Source: a bacterium (GTDB lineage Bacteria; Bacillota_I; Bacilli_A; RF39; UBA660). From it: DNA of 35,253 bases. Numbering within the stretch: position 1 is the first letter of the stretch; each line of letters opens with the position of its first letter. The position numbers and the translations under genes are program-made. The notes beneath the pieces were generated by a model. It saw only the letters and a list, made by a program, of their open reading frames with translations. It searched no databases and was not told the origin of the DNA. The DNA lies in the NCBI GenBank assembly GCA_029007415.1, contig JAQXHT010000075.1:1-35253 (forward strand), read 5' to 3'. This document shows, in pieces, positions 16,366-23,895 of the stretch.

Positions 16366-16899
16366 ATGGAAGAGTTAACTAATAAAAGAAATAAATTATT
16401 AATAGCGGTTATCATAATGGCAGTAATTGCTTTAGGACTAGGTATAACTTATGCTTGGCTTACGCAAACAGTTAACGGTTCTAAAGTTCAAACTATGCGT
16501 GTTGGTACTTTTAAATTTACTTTAGCAGAAAATAATTCACTTTCTGTTAGTAGTGCAGAGTTCATGAGTGATACTACTGGACTTAGTCAAGAAGGTTTAA
16601 AGTTTACGGTTTCAAATACCGGACAATTTACTGGAAGTTATAGTATTTACTTAGATGATGATACATTATCATCTGGACAGTCTAGACTTAGTGATAACTT
16701 TGTTAGATATAGCTTAGAAACTAACGGTGCTAAAGGTGCTGCTACTAACTTAACTAGTAGAAAGATTTATGATGGTAGCTTAAAACGAGGAGAGAGTGCT
16801 AACTTTATTTTAAGAGCTTGGCTTAATCCGAGTGTTAATGGTGATGTCGGTGGAAAAGTATTTAAAGCTAAGTTAAGAATAGAAGTAAGTCAAAGTTAA
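16366..16899 (+). CDS. Secreted beta-rich protein with a TasA/camelysin (SipW-cognate)-like signal motif
   Basis: 177 aa after an RBS of AGAGGGTG. The N-terminus is KRNK plus a hydrophobic stretch plus GITYAWLTQT, resembling the GGT-x-A-x-F-(S/T)-D class of signal peptide. Confidence 0.6.
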   Translation: MEELTNKRNKLLIAVIIMAVIALGLGITYAWLTQTVNGSKVQTMRVGTFKFTLAENNSLSVSSAEFMSDTTGLSQEGLKFTVSNTGQFTGSYSIYLDDDTLSSGQSRLSDNFVRYSLETNGAKGAATNLTSRKIYDGSLKRGESANFILRAWLNPSVNGDVGGKVFKAKLRIEVSQS

Positions 16900-16900
16900 T

Positions 16901-16928
16901 AAAGACTTGTTAATAGCAAGTCTTTTTG
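16901..16928 (+). terminator. Rho-independent terminator
   Basis: AAAGACTTG (16901-16909) pairs with CAAGTCTTT (16917-16925) across a 7-nt loop, followed by a T run. Confidence 0.7.
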
Positions 16929-16946
16929 GATAGAAAGGGATTTAAT

Positions 16947-17897
16947 ATGATTTTTTTACAAATAATTTTGTTAATAATTGGTTTTACACTTTTAGTAAAA
17001 GGAGCAGATGCTTTTGTTGATGGCTGTAGTAGTTTAGCTAAAGCTTTTGGAATACCAAGTCTAATTATTGGTCTTACTATTGTTGCATTTGGTACTAGTG
17101 CTCCAGAACTTGCTGTTAGTTTAGTAGCTGCTTTTAAAGGAAATATTGCTATTTCAGTAGGAAATGTTGTTGGTTCTAATATCTGTAATATGTTACTTGT
17201 TTTAGGAGGAGCTAGTTTATTTGGAACGCTTCACTGCAAAAAAAAGGTAGTAGAAAGAGATTATTTTTATCTACTCATTTCTTACTTTACTCTGCTAATC
17301 ATTAGTTTTGGTACTTTTAATCTAAAGGCAGCTTCTGGTATTATTAATAGAGTAGATGGCCTTTTATTACTTTGCTTTTTAGGCGTTTATGTTTATTCAT
17401 TAATAATGGATACTAAGAAAGAAATTAAGAAGCAGGAAAAAACAAAAGAAAAAGTAACTTTTAAAAAGATATTATTTATTATTATTGGATTAATCGCTAT
17501 TATTGGTGGTGGTGAACTAGTTGTAAATAGTGCCACTGCTATTGCTAAGATAATTGGTTTAAGTGATAGTGTTATCGCTCTTACTATTGTAGCAGTTGGT
17601 ACCTCACTTCCTGAATTAGTAACTAGTGTTGTAGCTGTTAAAAAAGGTGAGAGTGACCTTGCTATTGGAAATGTTATTGGATCAAATATCTTTAATATTT
17701 TCTTAATACTAGGTTTATCTGCTACTGTTAATAGTTTAACAATTAGCTTTACTTCTTTAATTGATATGCTTGTTATGTTTGCAGCTGGTTTACTAGTATA
17801 TGGCTTTACTTTAAAAGACCAAAAGGTTACAAAACAAAGAGGAATAGTCTTACTAGTTTTCTACTTTGCTTATGTTGGTTATTTATTAGTTAGATAG
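16947..17897 (+). CDS. CaCA-family sodium/calcium exchanger (YrbG-like)
   Basis: ORF 16926..17897. The TTG at 16926 lies inside the preceding terminator, so the ATG at 16947 is preferred. It carries two alpha-repeat motifs, GNVVGSNICNMLLVLG and GNVIGSNIFNIFLILG. Confidence 0.85.
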   Translation: MIFLQIILLIIGFTLLVKGADAFVDGCSSLAKAFGIPSLIIGLTIVAFGTSAPELAVSLVAAFKGNIAISVGNVVGSNICNMLLVLGGASLFGTLHCKKKVVERDYFYLLISYFTLLIISFGTFNLKAASGIINRVDGLLLLCFLGVYVYSLIMDTKKEIKKQEKTKEKVTFKKILFIIIGLIAIIGGGELVVNSATAIAKIIGLSDSVIALTIVAVGTSLPELVTSVVAVKKGESDLAIGNVIGSNIFNIFLILGLSATVNSLTISFTSLIDMLVMFAAGLLVYGFTLKDQKVTKQRGIVLLVFYFAYVGYLLVR

Positions 17898-17961
17898 TTA
17901 ATTTCTTGTTTAATAAAAAAGTTTATTATGTTATAATAAGTGAGCTAAGGAGTTGAGCTTT

Positions 17962-18687
17962 ATGGAAAGATTGCAAAAAGTTATAGCAGCAGGTGGTATC
18001 ACTTCAAGAAGGAAAGCAGAAGAATTAATGCTAGCAGGAAGAGTTAGTGTTGATGGAAAAGTTATTAGAGAATTAGGATATAAAGTTACTGGTAAAGAAC
18101 GAATAGAAGTAGATGGAGAAATTTTAACCAAAGAAGAAAAAGTTTACTTCTTACTTAATAAACCAAGAGGGGTAATAACTAGTGTTAGTGATGATAAGAA
18201 TAGAAAAACTGTTACAGATTTAATTCCTACTAATAAAAGAATTTATCCTGTTGGTCGCCTTGACTATGATACTACCGGATTACTACTATTAACTAATGAT
18301 GGTGATTTTGCTAATCTTTTAATGCATCCTAATAAGGAAGTTGAAAAAGTATATCTTGCCAAAGTAAAGGGAATAGTAAGAGGAGATGCCATTGCTAAGC
18401 TTAAGAGTGGAATTTTACTAGATGGTAAGAAAGTTAAATGTACAAGAGCAAAAGTAAAAAAAGTTGATTATAAGAATAATACTTCTTTTGTTGAATTAAC
18501 AATTCATGAGGGCATTAATCACCAAGTTAAAAGAATGTTAAATGAAGTTGGATTTGATGTTATCAAACTTACTAGAGAACAAGTTTATTTCTTTAATTTA
18601 GATGGTTTAAAGAGTGGTGAGTATCGTCCTTTAACTAAAAAAGAAGTAGCAAAAGTTTTTGCCCTTCAAAAAAAAGCGACTAAGTAA
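17962..18687 (+). CDS. rluB: 23S rRNA pseudouridine synthase, RluB/RsuA family with S4 domain
   Basis: The ATG at 17962 sits 9 nt after AAGGAG. The S4 N-terminus is RLQKVIAAGGITSRRKAEELMLAGRVSVDG and the catalytic motif is VGRLDYDTTGLLLLTNDG. Confidence 0.85.
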   Translation: MERLQKVIAAGGITSRRKAEELMLAGRVSVDGKVIRELGYKVTGKERIEVDGEILTKEEKVYFLLNKPRGVITSVSDDKNRKTVTDLIPTNKRIYPVGRLDYDTTGLLLLTNDGDFANLLMHPNKEVEKVYLAKVKGIVRGDAIAKLKSGILLDGKKVKCTRAKVKKVDYKNNTSFVELTIHEGINHQVKRMLNEVGFDVIKLTREQVYFFNLDGLKSGEYRPLTKKEVAKVFALQKKATK

Positions 18688-18701
18688 TTATAGTCGCTTT
18701 T
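18672..18701 (+). terminator. rluB terminator
   Basis: AAAAGCGACTA (18672-18682) pairs with TAGTCGCTTTT (18691-18701). The rluB stop codon lies in the loop. Confidence 0.7.
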
Positions 18702-18775
18702 ATGTGTTTCATTATTTGATTTGGACATAATTCTGTGCTAATATATAGATGAAATTAATTACTTAATATAAGTAT

Positions 18776-19235
18776 ATGTTAGATACCATTGATGATAAGT
18801 TAACAGAAGATATGATAAAAAAATTTCACTTTATTTTAAAAGATGGTACTTTAACTGACGATGAAAGAAAATGGTTTAATGTTGGTGAATATAAAAAGAA
18901 AAAAACTATGTTGGAAATATTACAACATCTTTGCCAAGTAATGTAGCAGATGATATGAAAGCATTATTAAGTGGTACGATAAAATAGATAAAAAGAAAAT
19001 TGAAGATATTATTGAATTTCATGTTAAATTTGAAAAGATTCATCTCTTTCAAGATGGAAATGGTCGTGTTGGAAGAATAATAATATTTAGAGAGTGTTTA
19101 TATAATGACATAATGCCTTTCTTTATTGAAGATAGAGATAAAGATTTTTATATAAGAGGTATTAAAGAATATCAAACAAATGATGAAAGTGGTTATTTAA
19201 TTGATACTTGTTTAAATAGTCAAGATAATTATTAA
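18776..19235 (+). pseudogene. Fic/DOC-family (AMPylase-type) gene remnant with two frameshifts
   Basis: Homology runs through three reading frames: 18776-~18900, ~18904-18970 and 18972-19235. The intact Fic motif HLFQDGNGRVGR is at 19041-19076. There are premature stops at 18944 and 18985. Confidence 0.7.
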
Positions 19236-19337
19236 AAAATGACTTCTTACTTTTTAGAAGATAATGAGTAATAGTATATAATCTTTAAAAGAGAAATTAC
19301 TTGAAATAACATAGTTTATTTAGGTGATTTTTTTTGA

Positions 19338-19380
19338 TTTTTATACAATTTTGGAGTGGCATTCCGAAATTGTATAAAAA
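19338..19380. terminator. Bidirectional hairpin (14-bp stem including flanking T/A runs)
   Basis: TTTTTATACAATTT pairs with AAATTGTATAAAAA across a 15-nt loop. It lies between the Fic remnant (+) and ferredoxin (-). Confidence 0.6.
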
Positions 19381-19412
19381 ATAAGACTCAAATTTGTCTT
19401 TATGAGTCTTAT
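19381..19412 (-). terminator. Ferredoxin terminator hairpin
   Basis: ATAAGACTCA (19381-19390) pairs with TGAGTCTTAT (19403-19412). It overlaps the ferredoxin stop codon on the minus strand. Confidence 0.6.
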
Positions 19413-19651
19413 TTATCTTCAGTATCGTTTTTCTTTTCATCCTTATTAGCATTATCTTCAGTATCAACACTTTCAATAGCACCAGTTGGACAAGAATCAA
19501 TAGCATCTTTAACGTCATCAACGTTTTCAGTTTTAACTTTAGGACAAACTACTTTACTAAGTCCTTCATCATCTATTTCGAAAACATCTGGACAGATAGC
19601 AGCACAAGCACCACAGCCGATACAAGCATCACGATTAACTTTAACTTCCAT
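19409..19651 (-). CDS. fer: Small single-cluster 4Fe-4S ferredoxin
   Basis: 80 aa with CIGCGACAAICP plus the distal DSCPTGAI, the Bacillus Fer-type layout. The C-terminus is an acidic/Lys-rich tail. Confidence 0.85.
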   Translation of the reverse strand: MEVKVNRDACIGCGACAAICPDVFEIDDEGLSKVVCPKVKTENVDDVKDAIDSCPTGAIESVDTEDNANKDEKKNDTEDK

Positions 19652-19679
19652 ATTATCCCTCCCTCACTAAATTATATAG

Positions 19680-19708
19680 TATTTACAAATAAATAGCAAA
19701 GAATTTCT
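19680..19708 (-). promoter_or_regulatory. Ferredoxin promoter (minus strand: TTGCTA, 17-nt spacer, TATAAT)
   Basis: On the plus strand, TAGCAA at 19703-19708 and ATTATA at 19680-19685 are the reverse complements of the two elements. The spacer is exactly 17 nt. Confidence 0.55.
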
Positions 19709-19750
19709 CTTATCATAGAAAAAAATATTTCTATCAAATTTTAATGGTTT

Positions 19751-20758
19751 TTATTTTTTTAATGCTTTTTTATTTATCAACTTCTTATTTATAATAGACA
19801 TTTTAGAAACTCTATTATTTTTTGGAATCTTATTATATAATGTTAAGTTTGGATAATGTTCGATACTAAAAGTATTATTTTTTTTTGATAAATCTATCAT
19901 ATAATACAAATTGTTTTTTGAAATATTTTTAAAAATTTTTTTAGGTTCATCTATCCAAGTTGGATCAATACCATACCATTTATTATTGATATATACTATA
20001 ACCCATGCATGTGTACTGTTAGACCTATCGTTTAAATCAGTATAACCACTGATATCAAGAGAAAAGATACCAAGCTTATTTAAAAGTTGACTTTCTAAAT
20101 AGGCATAATGTGCACAAACTCCCATCTTATATTTCAAAATTGACTCTGCCATTGAAAGAGATACGTACGTATCGTCATAATCATACTCAAGATTGTTTAC
20201 AACGTATAATGTAACATTTTTTATAATATCTGCTTTGTTTTTTGATTTTAGATATATTTTTTCAGCAATTTTATTGAGCTTTGCATCGTATTTTTTATCA
20301 ATATTATATTCGGAATTTACTATACCGGCCTTAAGATTATCATCAGAAATTGTTTTTTTACTAGTATTATACACTATTGAGGTGTAAATATTCTCAAATT
20401 TAGATATGTCAAATTTACTTAAATCCAGAACACTATTATTGATAGATAAATTGACCTTTTTATTAGGAATAATTTTACTACCATCTAGCTTATAACAGTC
20501 TTTAACTATAATGTTTGTTAAATTTTCAAATCTAGAAAAGTCAACTTCATCCAAGTATTTAACATCTTTTTGCGTTATAAGTATAGTATCTACAGTTTTG
20601 TAATATTCAAATGAATTATCATTAACTATGTCTGCTAAATTTACTTGATTAGTTGAAGTGAGTGCATATACATCGCTATTAAACATAAATATGTTGATTA
20701 TTATAGTAACTATAAATAGATATTTAATAGTAAAATAAACTTTTTTTGCCAATTTCAT
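19751..20758 (-). CDS. Exported transglutaminase-like cysteine protease-fold protein
   Basis: 335 aa with an N-terminal signal/anchor. The transglutaminase core triad context is GVCAHYAYLESQLLNKLG ... THAWVIVY ... GIDPTW. Confidence 0.75.
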   Translation of the reverse strand: MKLAKKVYFTIKYLFIVTIIINIFMFNSDVYALTSTNQVNLADIVNDNSFEYYKTVDTILITQKDVKYLDEVDFSRFENLTNIIVKDCYKLDGSKIIPNKKVNLSINNSVLDLSKFDISKFENIYTSIVYNTSKKTISDDNLKAGIVNSEYNIDKKYDAKLNKIAEKIYLKSKNKADIIKNVTLYVVNNLEYDYDDTYVSLSMAESILKYKMGVCAHYAYLESQLLNKLGIFSLDISGYTDLNDRSNSTHAWVIVYINNKWYGIDPTWIDEPKKIFKNISKNNLYYMIDLSKKNNTFSIEHYPNLTLYNKIPKNNRVSKMSIINKKLINKKALKK

Positions 20759-20908
20759 AATTTTCCCCCTTTTTTTTCTTAAAATAAATATATCAATCAG
20801 ATATAATAAGTGTCAATAAAAATTGATAGAATATATGAAAAATTCATACCCTTTCCAAAATCTATTAGATGTGATATTATTAATTTAGATAAGAGTAGGT
20901 GATGACTA

Positions 20909-21709
20909 GTGGCAAGTAGAGTAAGTAGATATGATAATGAAGAACAAAAGATGAGTAGAACTAAAAGAAATGAAAACTTATATGATGACCTAGGAGGAAT
21001 TGAAACATATACGAATTTTACTGATGTTTCTAAAATAGAAGCAATACCATTATCATCAATAAGAGAAAATAAAGATAAAAGAGAAGGTTATCGTTATTTA
21101 AAAGACTATGATTTAGTAGAAGAGCGAAAAGAACGTAAAGAATTGGATGATTTTAACTACTTATATAAAGATGTTAGAAGTAATTATGACTTAAAAGCTA
21201 CTTTAAGAGAAGCTAGAGAAACAAGAGAAAAAGATGAACTTGAAAAGAAGAGAAAACTAAAGAATGAGAAATATAATATCTTAGAAAGTAGTGAAGAAGC
21301 TTTACAAAAGTTTATTAAAGAACAAGAATTAAGACATAAACCAATCGAAAATGAGGAAGAATTAGAAGAATTAATTAATACAATTACTTCTAAAGAAATA
21401 AGAGAAGAGTTAGATAAAGAAAAAGAAACTAGTTTACTTAGTGACTTAATGGCTACTAGTAATTTAGATGATGTTGTAGAACCGATTAAAGAAGAAACAG
21501 AAACTACTAAAGAAATAGTAAAACCATTAAAAGATGAAATAGATGAATCATTTTATACAAAATCAATGGATTTGAGTAATAATGACTTTTTTGATGATGA
21601 AGAAGTAACTAAAGAACCCGTTATTATGACTATTCTTCGAGTTATTTTATCACTTATCTTAATAGTAGCAGTAGGTTTTGCTGTTTATTATGTTGTTACC
21701 AATTTTTAA
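20909..21709 (+). CDS. Hypothetical highly charged (Lys/Glu-rich) tail-anchored membrane protein
   Basis: 266 aa. The GTG at 20909 sits 6 nt after AGGTGA. There is a single C-terminal TM helix (IMTILRVILSLILIVAVGFAVYYVV). No motif is recognised. Confidence 0.55.
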   Translation: MASRVSRYDNEEQKMSRTKRNENLYDDLGGIETYTNFTDVSKIEAIPLSSIRENKDKREGYRYLKDYDLVEERKERKELDDFNYLYKDVRSNYDLKATLREARETREKDELEKKRKLKNEKYNILESSEEALQKFIKEQELRHKPIENEEELEELINTITSKEIREELDKEKETSLLSDLMATSNLDDVVEPIKEETETTKEIVKPLKDEIDESFYTKSMDLSNNDFFDDEEVTKEPVIMTILRVILSLILIVAVGFAVYYVVTNF

Positions 21710-21710
21710 C

Positions 21711-21769
21711 GACTAATTTAAAACAATAATTCCGACTAATTTAAAATGATACCCTTGACTAATTTAAAA
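21711..21769 (+). repeat. Three perfect 13-bp direct repeats GACTAATTTAAAA at a 23-bp period
   Basis: The copies are at 21711-21723, 21734-21746 and 21757-21769, with 10-nt spacers. The third copy overlaps a TTGACT -35 (21755-21760), which pairs with TAAACT (21778-21783) at a 17-nt spacing. Confidence 0.85.
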
Positions 21770-21805
21770 TCAAATAGTAAACTATCCATAGAAACAGGTG
21801 ATACT

Positions 21806-23020
21806 ATGTATGAAAGAGAAGCATTAACTACAATCGAAAATATCAACGATACATTTAAAGTTTTACTAATAACAGGACCACGTCAAGTTGGTAAAACAAC
21901 TTTACTACTTAGCGTTAAACCTAGTTCAATGGAATATGTGACACTTGATGATAAAGTATTAAGAGAACAGGCGATAAATGATCCAAAATTGTTTTTAGAA
22001 GAACATCCAGCTCCTCTTCTTATAGATGAAGCTCAGTATGCTCCTAATTTATTTTCCTATATAAAAATAAATGTTGATAAAAGTGATAAAAATGGAATGT
22101 ACTGGTTGACTGGTTCACAACAATTTCACTTAATGAAGAACGTTTCGGAATCTTTAGCAGGTAGAGTAGGAATTGTCAACCTTAATAGTTTTACGTATTC
22201 TGAAATAGTTAGAAATACAAATAAATTGTTATTTAATCCTACTAATTTAGTCAAAGCTGATAAGATTGATATTAATTCTTTATTTGAAATAATTTATAAA
22301 GGTGGAATGCCGGAGTTATATAAAAATGAGAAAATCAGTCGAGAAATTTATTTTCAAGGTTATATTGATACTTATATATCAAGAGACGTTAGAGAATTAA
22401 CAGAAGTTGGTAATGTTGATGCATTCAAAAAGTTTATAGTAAGTATAGCATCAAGAACTGGAGAACAATTAAACTATACAGCCCTTGCTAATGATGCTGG
22501 TATTTCTGTACCGACAGCTAAATCTTGGGTATCAATACTTACTTCGTCTGGTCTAGTTTATTTACTAGAACCTTATATGTCATCAGAGTTAAAAAGAATA
22601 ACTCATGTTCCAAAAATAATCTTTATGGATACAGGGTTAGCTTCTTATTTAGCAGGTTGGGAGAGTGCTAAAGAATTACAACTTAGTTCTAATGCTGGAC
22701 ATTATTTAGAAACTTATGTAATAAGTGAAATAGTAAAATCATACAACTCACGCGGAATAAGACCAAATTTATCATATTATCGTGATAAAGAAAAAAATGA
22801 AATAGACCTTATTATCTATAAAAATAACAAATTATATCCATTTGAAATTAAAAAGACAGCATCACCAACTCTAGCAATGATAAAAAATTTCAAATGTTTA
22901 GAAAAAACAACAAAAGAAATTGGAACTGGTGGTATAATATGTTGTTATGATACTTTAATGCATTTAGATGAGAAAAATTATATTGTTCCTATTTCTTCAG
23001 TAATAAATGCTAAAGAATAA
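21806..23020 (+). CDS. AAA+ ATPase with a C-terminal DUF4143 / PD-(D/E)xK-like domain
   Basis: ORF 21746..23020. The ATG at 21806 (MYEREALT...) lies downstream of the predicted promoter. Walker A is GPRQVGKTT and Walker B is LLIDEAQ. The C-terminal nuclease-like signature is NEIDLII ... PFEIKK. Confidence 0.8.
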   Translation: MYEREALTTIENINDTFKVLLITGPRQVGKTTLLLSVKPSSMEYVTLDDKVLREQAINDPKLFLEEHPAPLLIDEAQYAPNLFSYIKINVDKSDKNGMYWLTGSQQFHLMKNVSESLAGRVGIVNLNSFTYSEIVRNTNKLLFNPTNLVKADKIDINSLFEIIYKGGMPELYKNEKISREIYFQGYIDTYISRDVRELTEVGNVDAFKKFIVSIASRTGEQLNYTALANDAGISVPTAKSWVSILTSSGLVYLLEPYMSSELKRITHVPKIIFMDTGLASYLAGWESAKELQLSSNAGHYLETYVISEIVKSYNSRGIRPNLSYYRDKEKNEIDLIIYKNNKLYPFEIKKTASPTLAMIKNFKCLEKTTKEIGTGGIICCYDTLMHLDEKNYIVPISSVINAKE

Positions 23021-23041
23021 AGGAAATTGAGGTGATAAAAA

Positions 23042-23881
23042 GTGAATTTATCTTTTGATTTAAATGATTATCTTTTAATCTGGAATTTACTTTTCCAAAC
23101 ATCAATTTCTAATGAGACTCAAAGACTAAAAGAAAAGCTTTGGAAGAACTATCGCCATCTTTATAAAGCACTATATAAAGAAGAAGCTAAAATCTTGAAA
23201 GATCCTAAGAATTATATACCTGATGATGATACTATCTTTGATATGGTAAAGGCGACGGATGTATATAAAAAAATAAGAAAAGAAACAGAAGAATATCGTC
23301 TTTTCTTGATGCATTACTATGACGAAATGAAGAAAACTATAAACACTTATTTTAAAGATATCATTCGTTTTGATATAAAAATGTATCACGTCTTAGTAAT
23401 TAATCCAAGATTTAATGCCGTTGAGATGAAAACCGTAAAAAGTAGAAAAGTAAATACCATCTCCTGGGGAATGATGAATGACCAAAATGATGGAGAATTA
23501 GCAATTATCTCTATAATAAGTCATGCTTTAAGAAAAGAATTAAAAGATTATGAAACAGATTATCAAGAAATAGTTGATGGCGTAGTAGAACTTGCTATTG
23601 ATAATGAATTAGCAACTAGAATAAAAGGGAAAAGTTATTATTTAAAAGGAGACAACTCCTTAAAGTTCTTGAAAAAACAAATATATCCATATTTTCTAAT
23701 GTATCTTGGCAGTAATAAAGATGAAATGATTAATTATATGGCAAGAGACAATATCATCTTTGATGTTGATAACTATACCTTTACAAGAAGTCTTGCTGCT
23801 AGCGATTTAAAAGAATTTATCTCTTTTTGTATAGAAAATCAGAAATATATTTTGCAAATAGAAGAACTAGAAATTATTTAA
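23042..23881 (+). CDS. Hypothetical protein (279 aa) immediately upstream of polC
   Basis: The GTG start sits 5 nt after GAGGTGA. There is no TM segment and no recognised motif. It lies 21 nt after the ATPase gene and 14 nt before polC. Confidence 0.6.
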   Translation: MNLSFDLNDYLLIWNLLFQTSISNETQRLKEKLWKNYRHLYKALYKEEAKILKDPKNYIPDDDTIFDMVKATDVYKKIRKETEEYRLFLMHYYDEMKKTINTYFKDIIRFDIKMYHVLVINPRFNAVEMKTVKSRKVNTISWGMMNDQNDGELAIISIISHALRKELKDYETDYQEIVDGVVELAIDNELATRIKGKSYYLKGDNSLKFLKKQIYPYFLMYLGSNKDEMINYMARDNIIFDVDNYTFTRSLAASDLKEFISFCIENQKYILQIEELEII

Positions 23882-23895
23882 GCGGAGGGTAAGGT

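Noticed and set aside
21711-21769. Possible miniature CRISPR array.
   Set aside because: There are only three 13-bp repeats with 10-nt spacers, far below CRISPR repeat and spacer sizes. There are no cas genes. The position overlaps a promoter -35, so I treat it as a regulatory iteron-like array.
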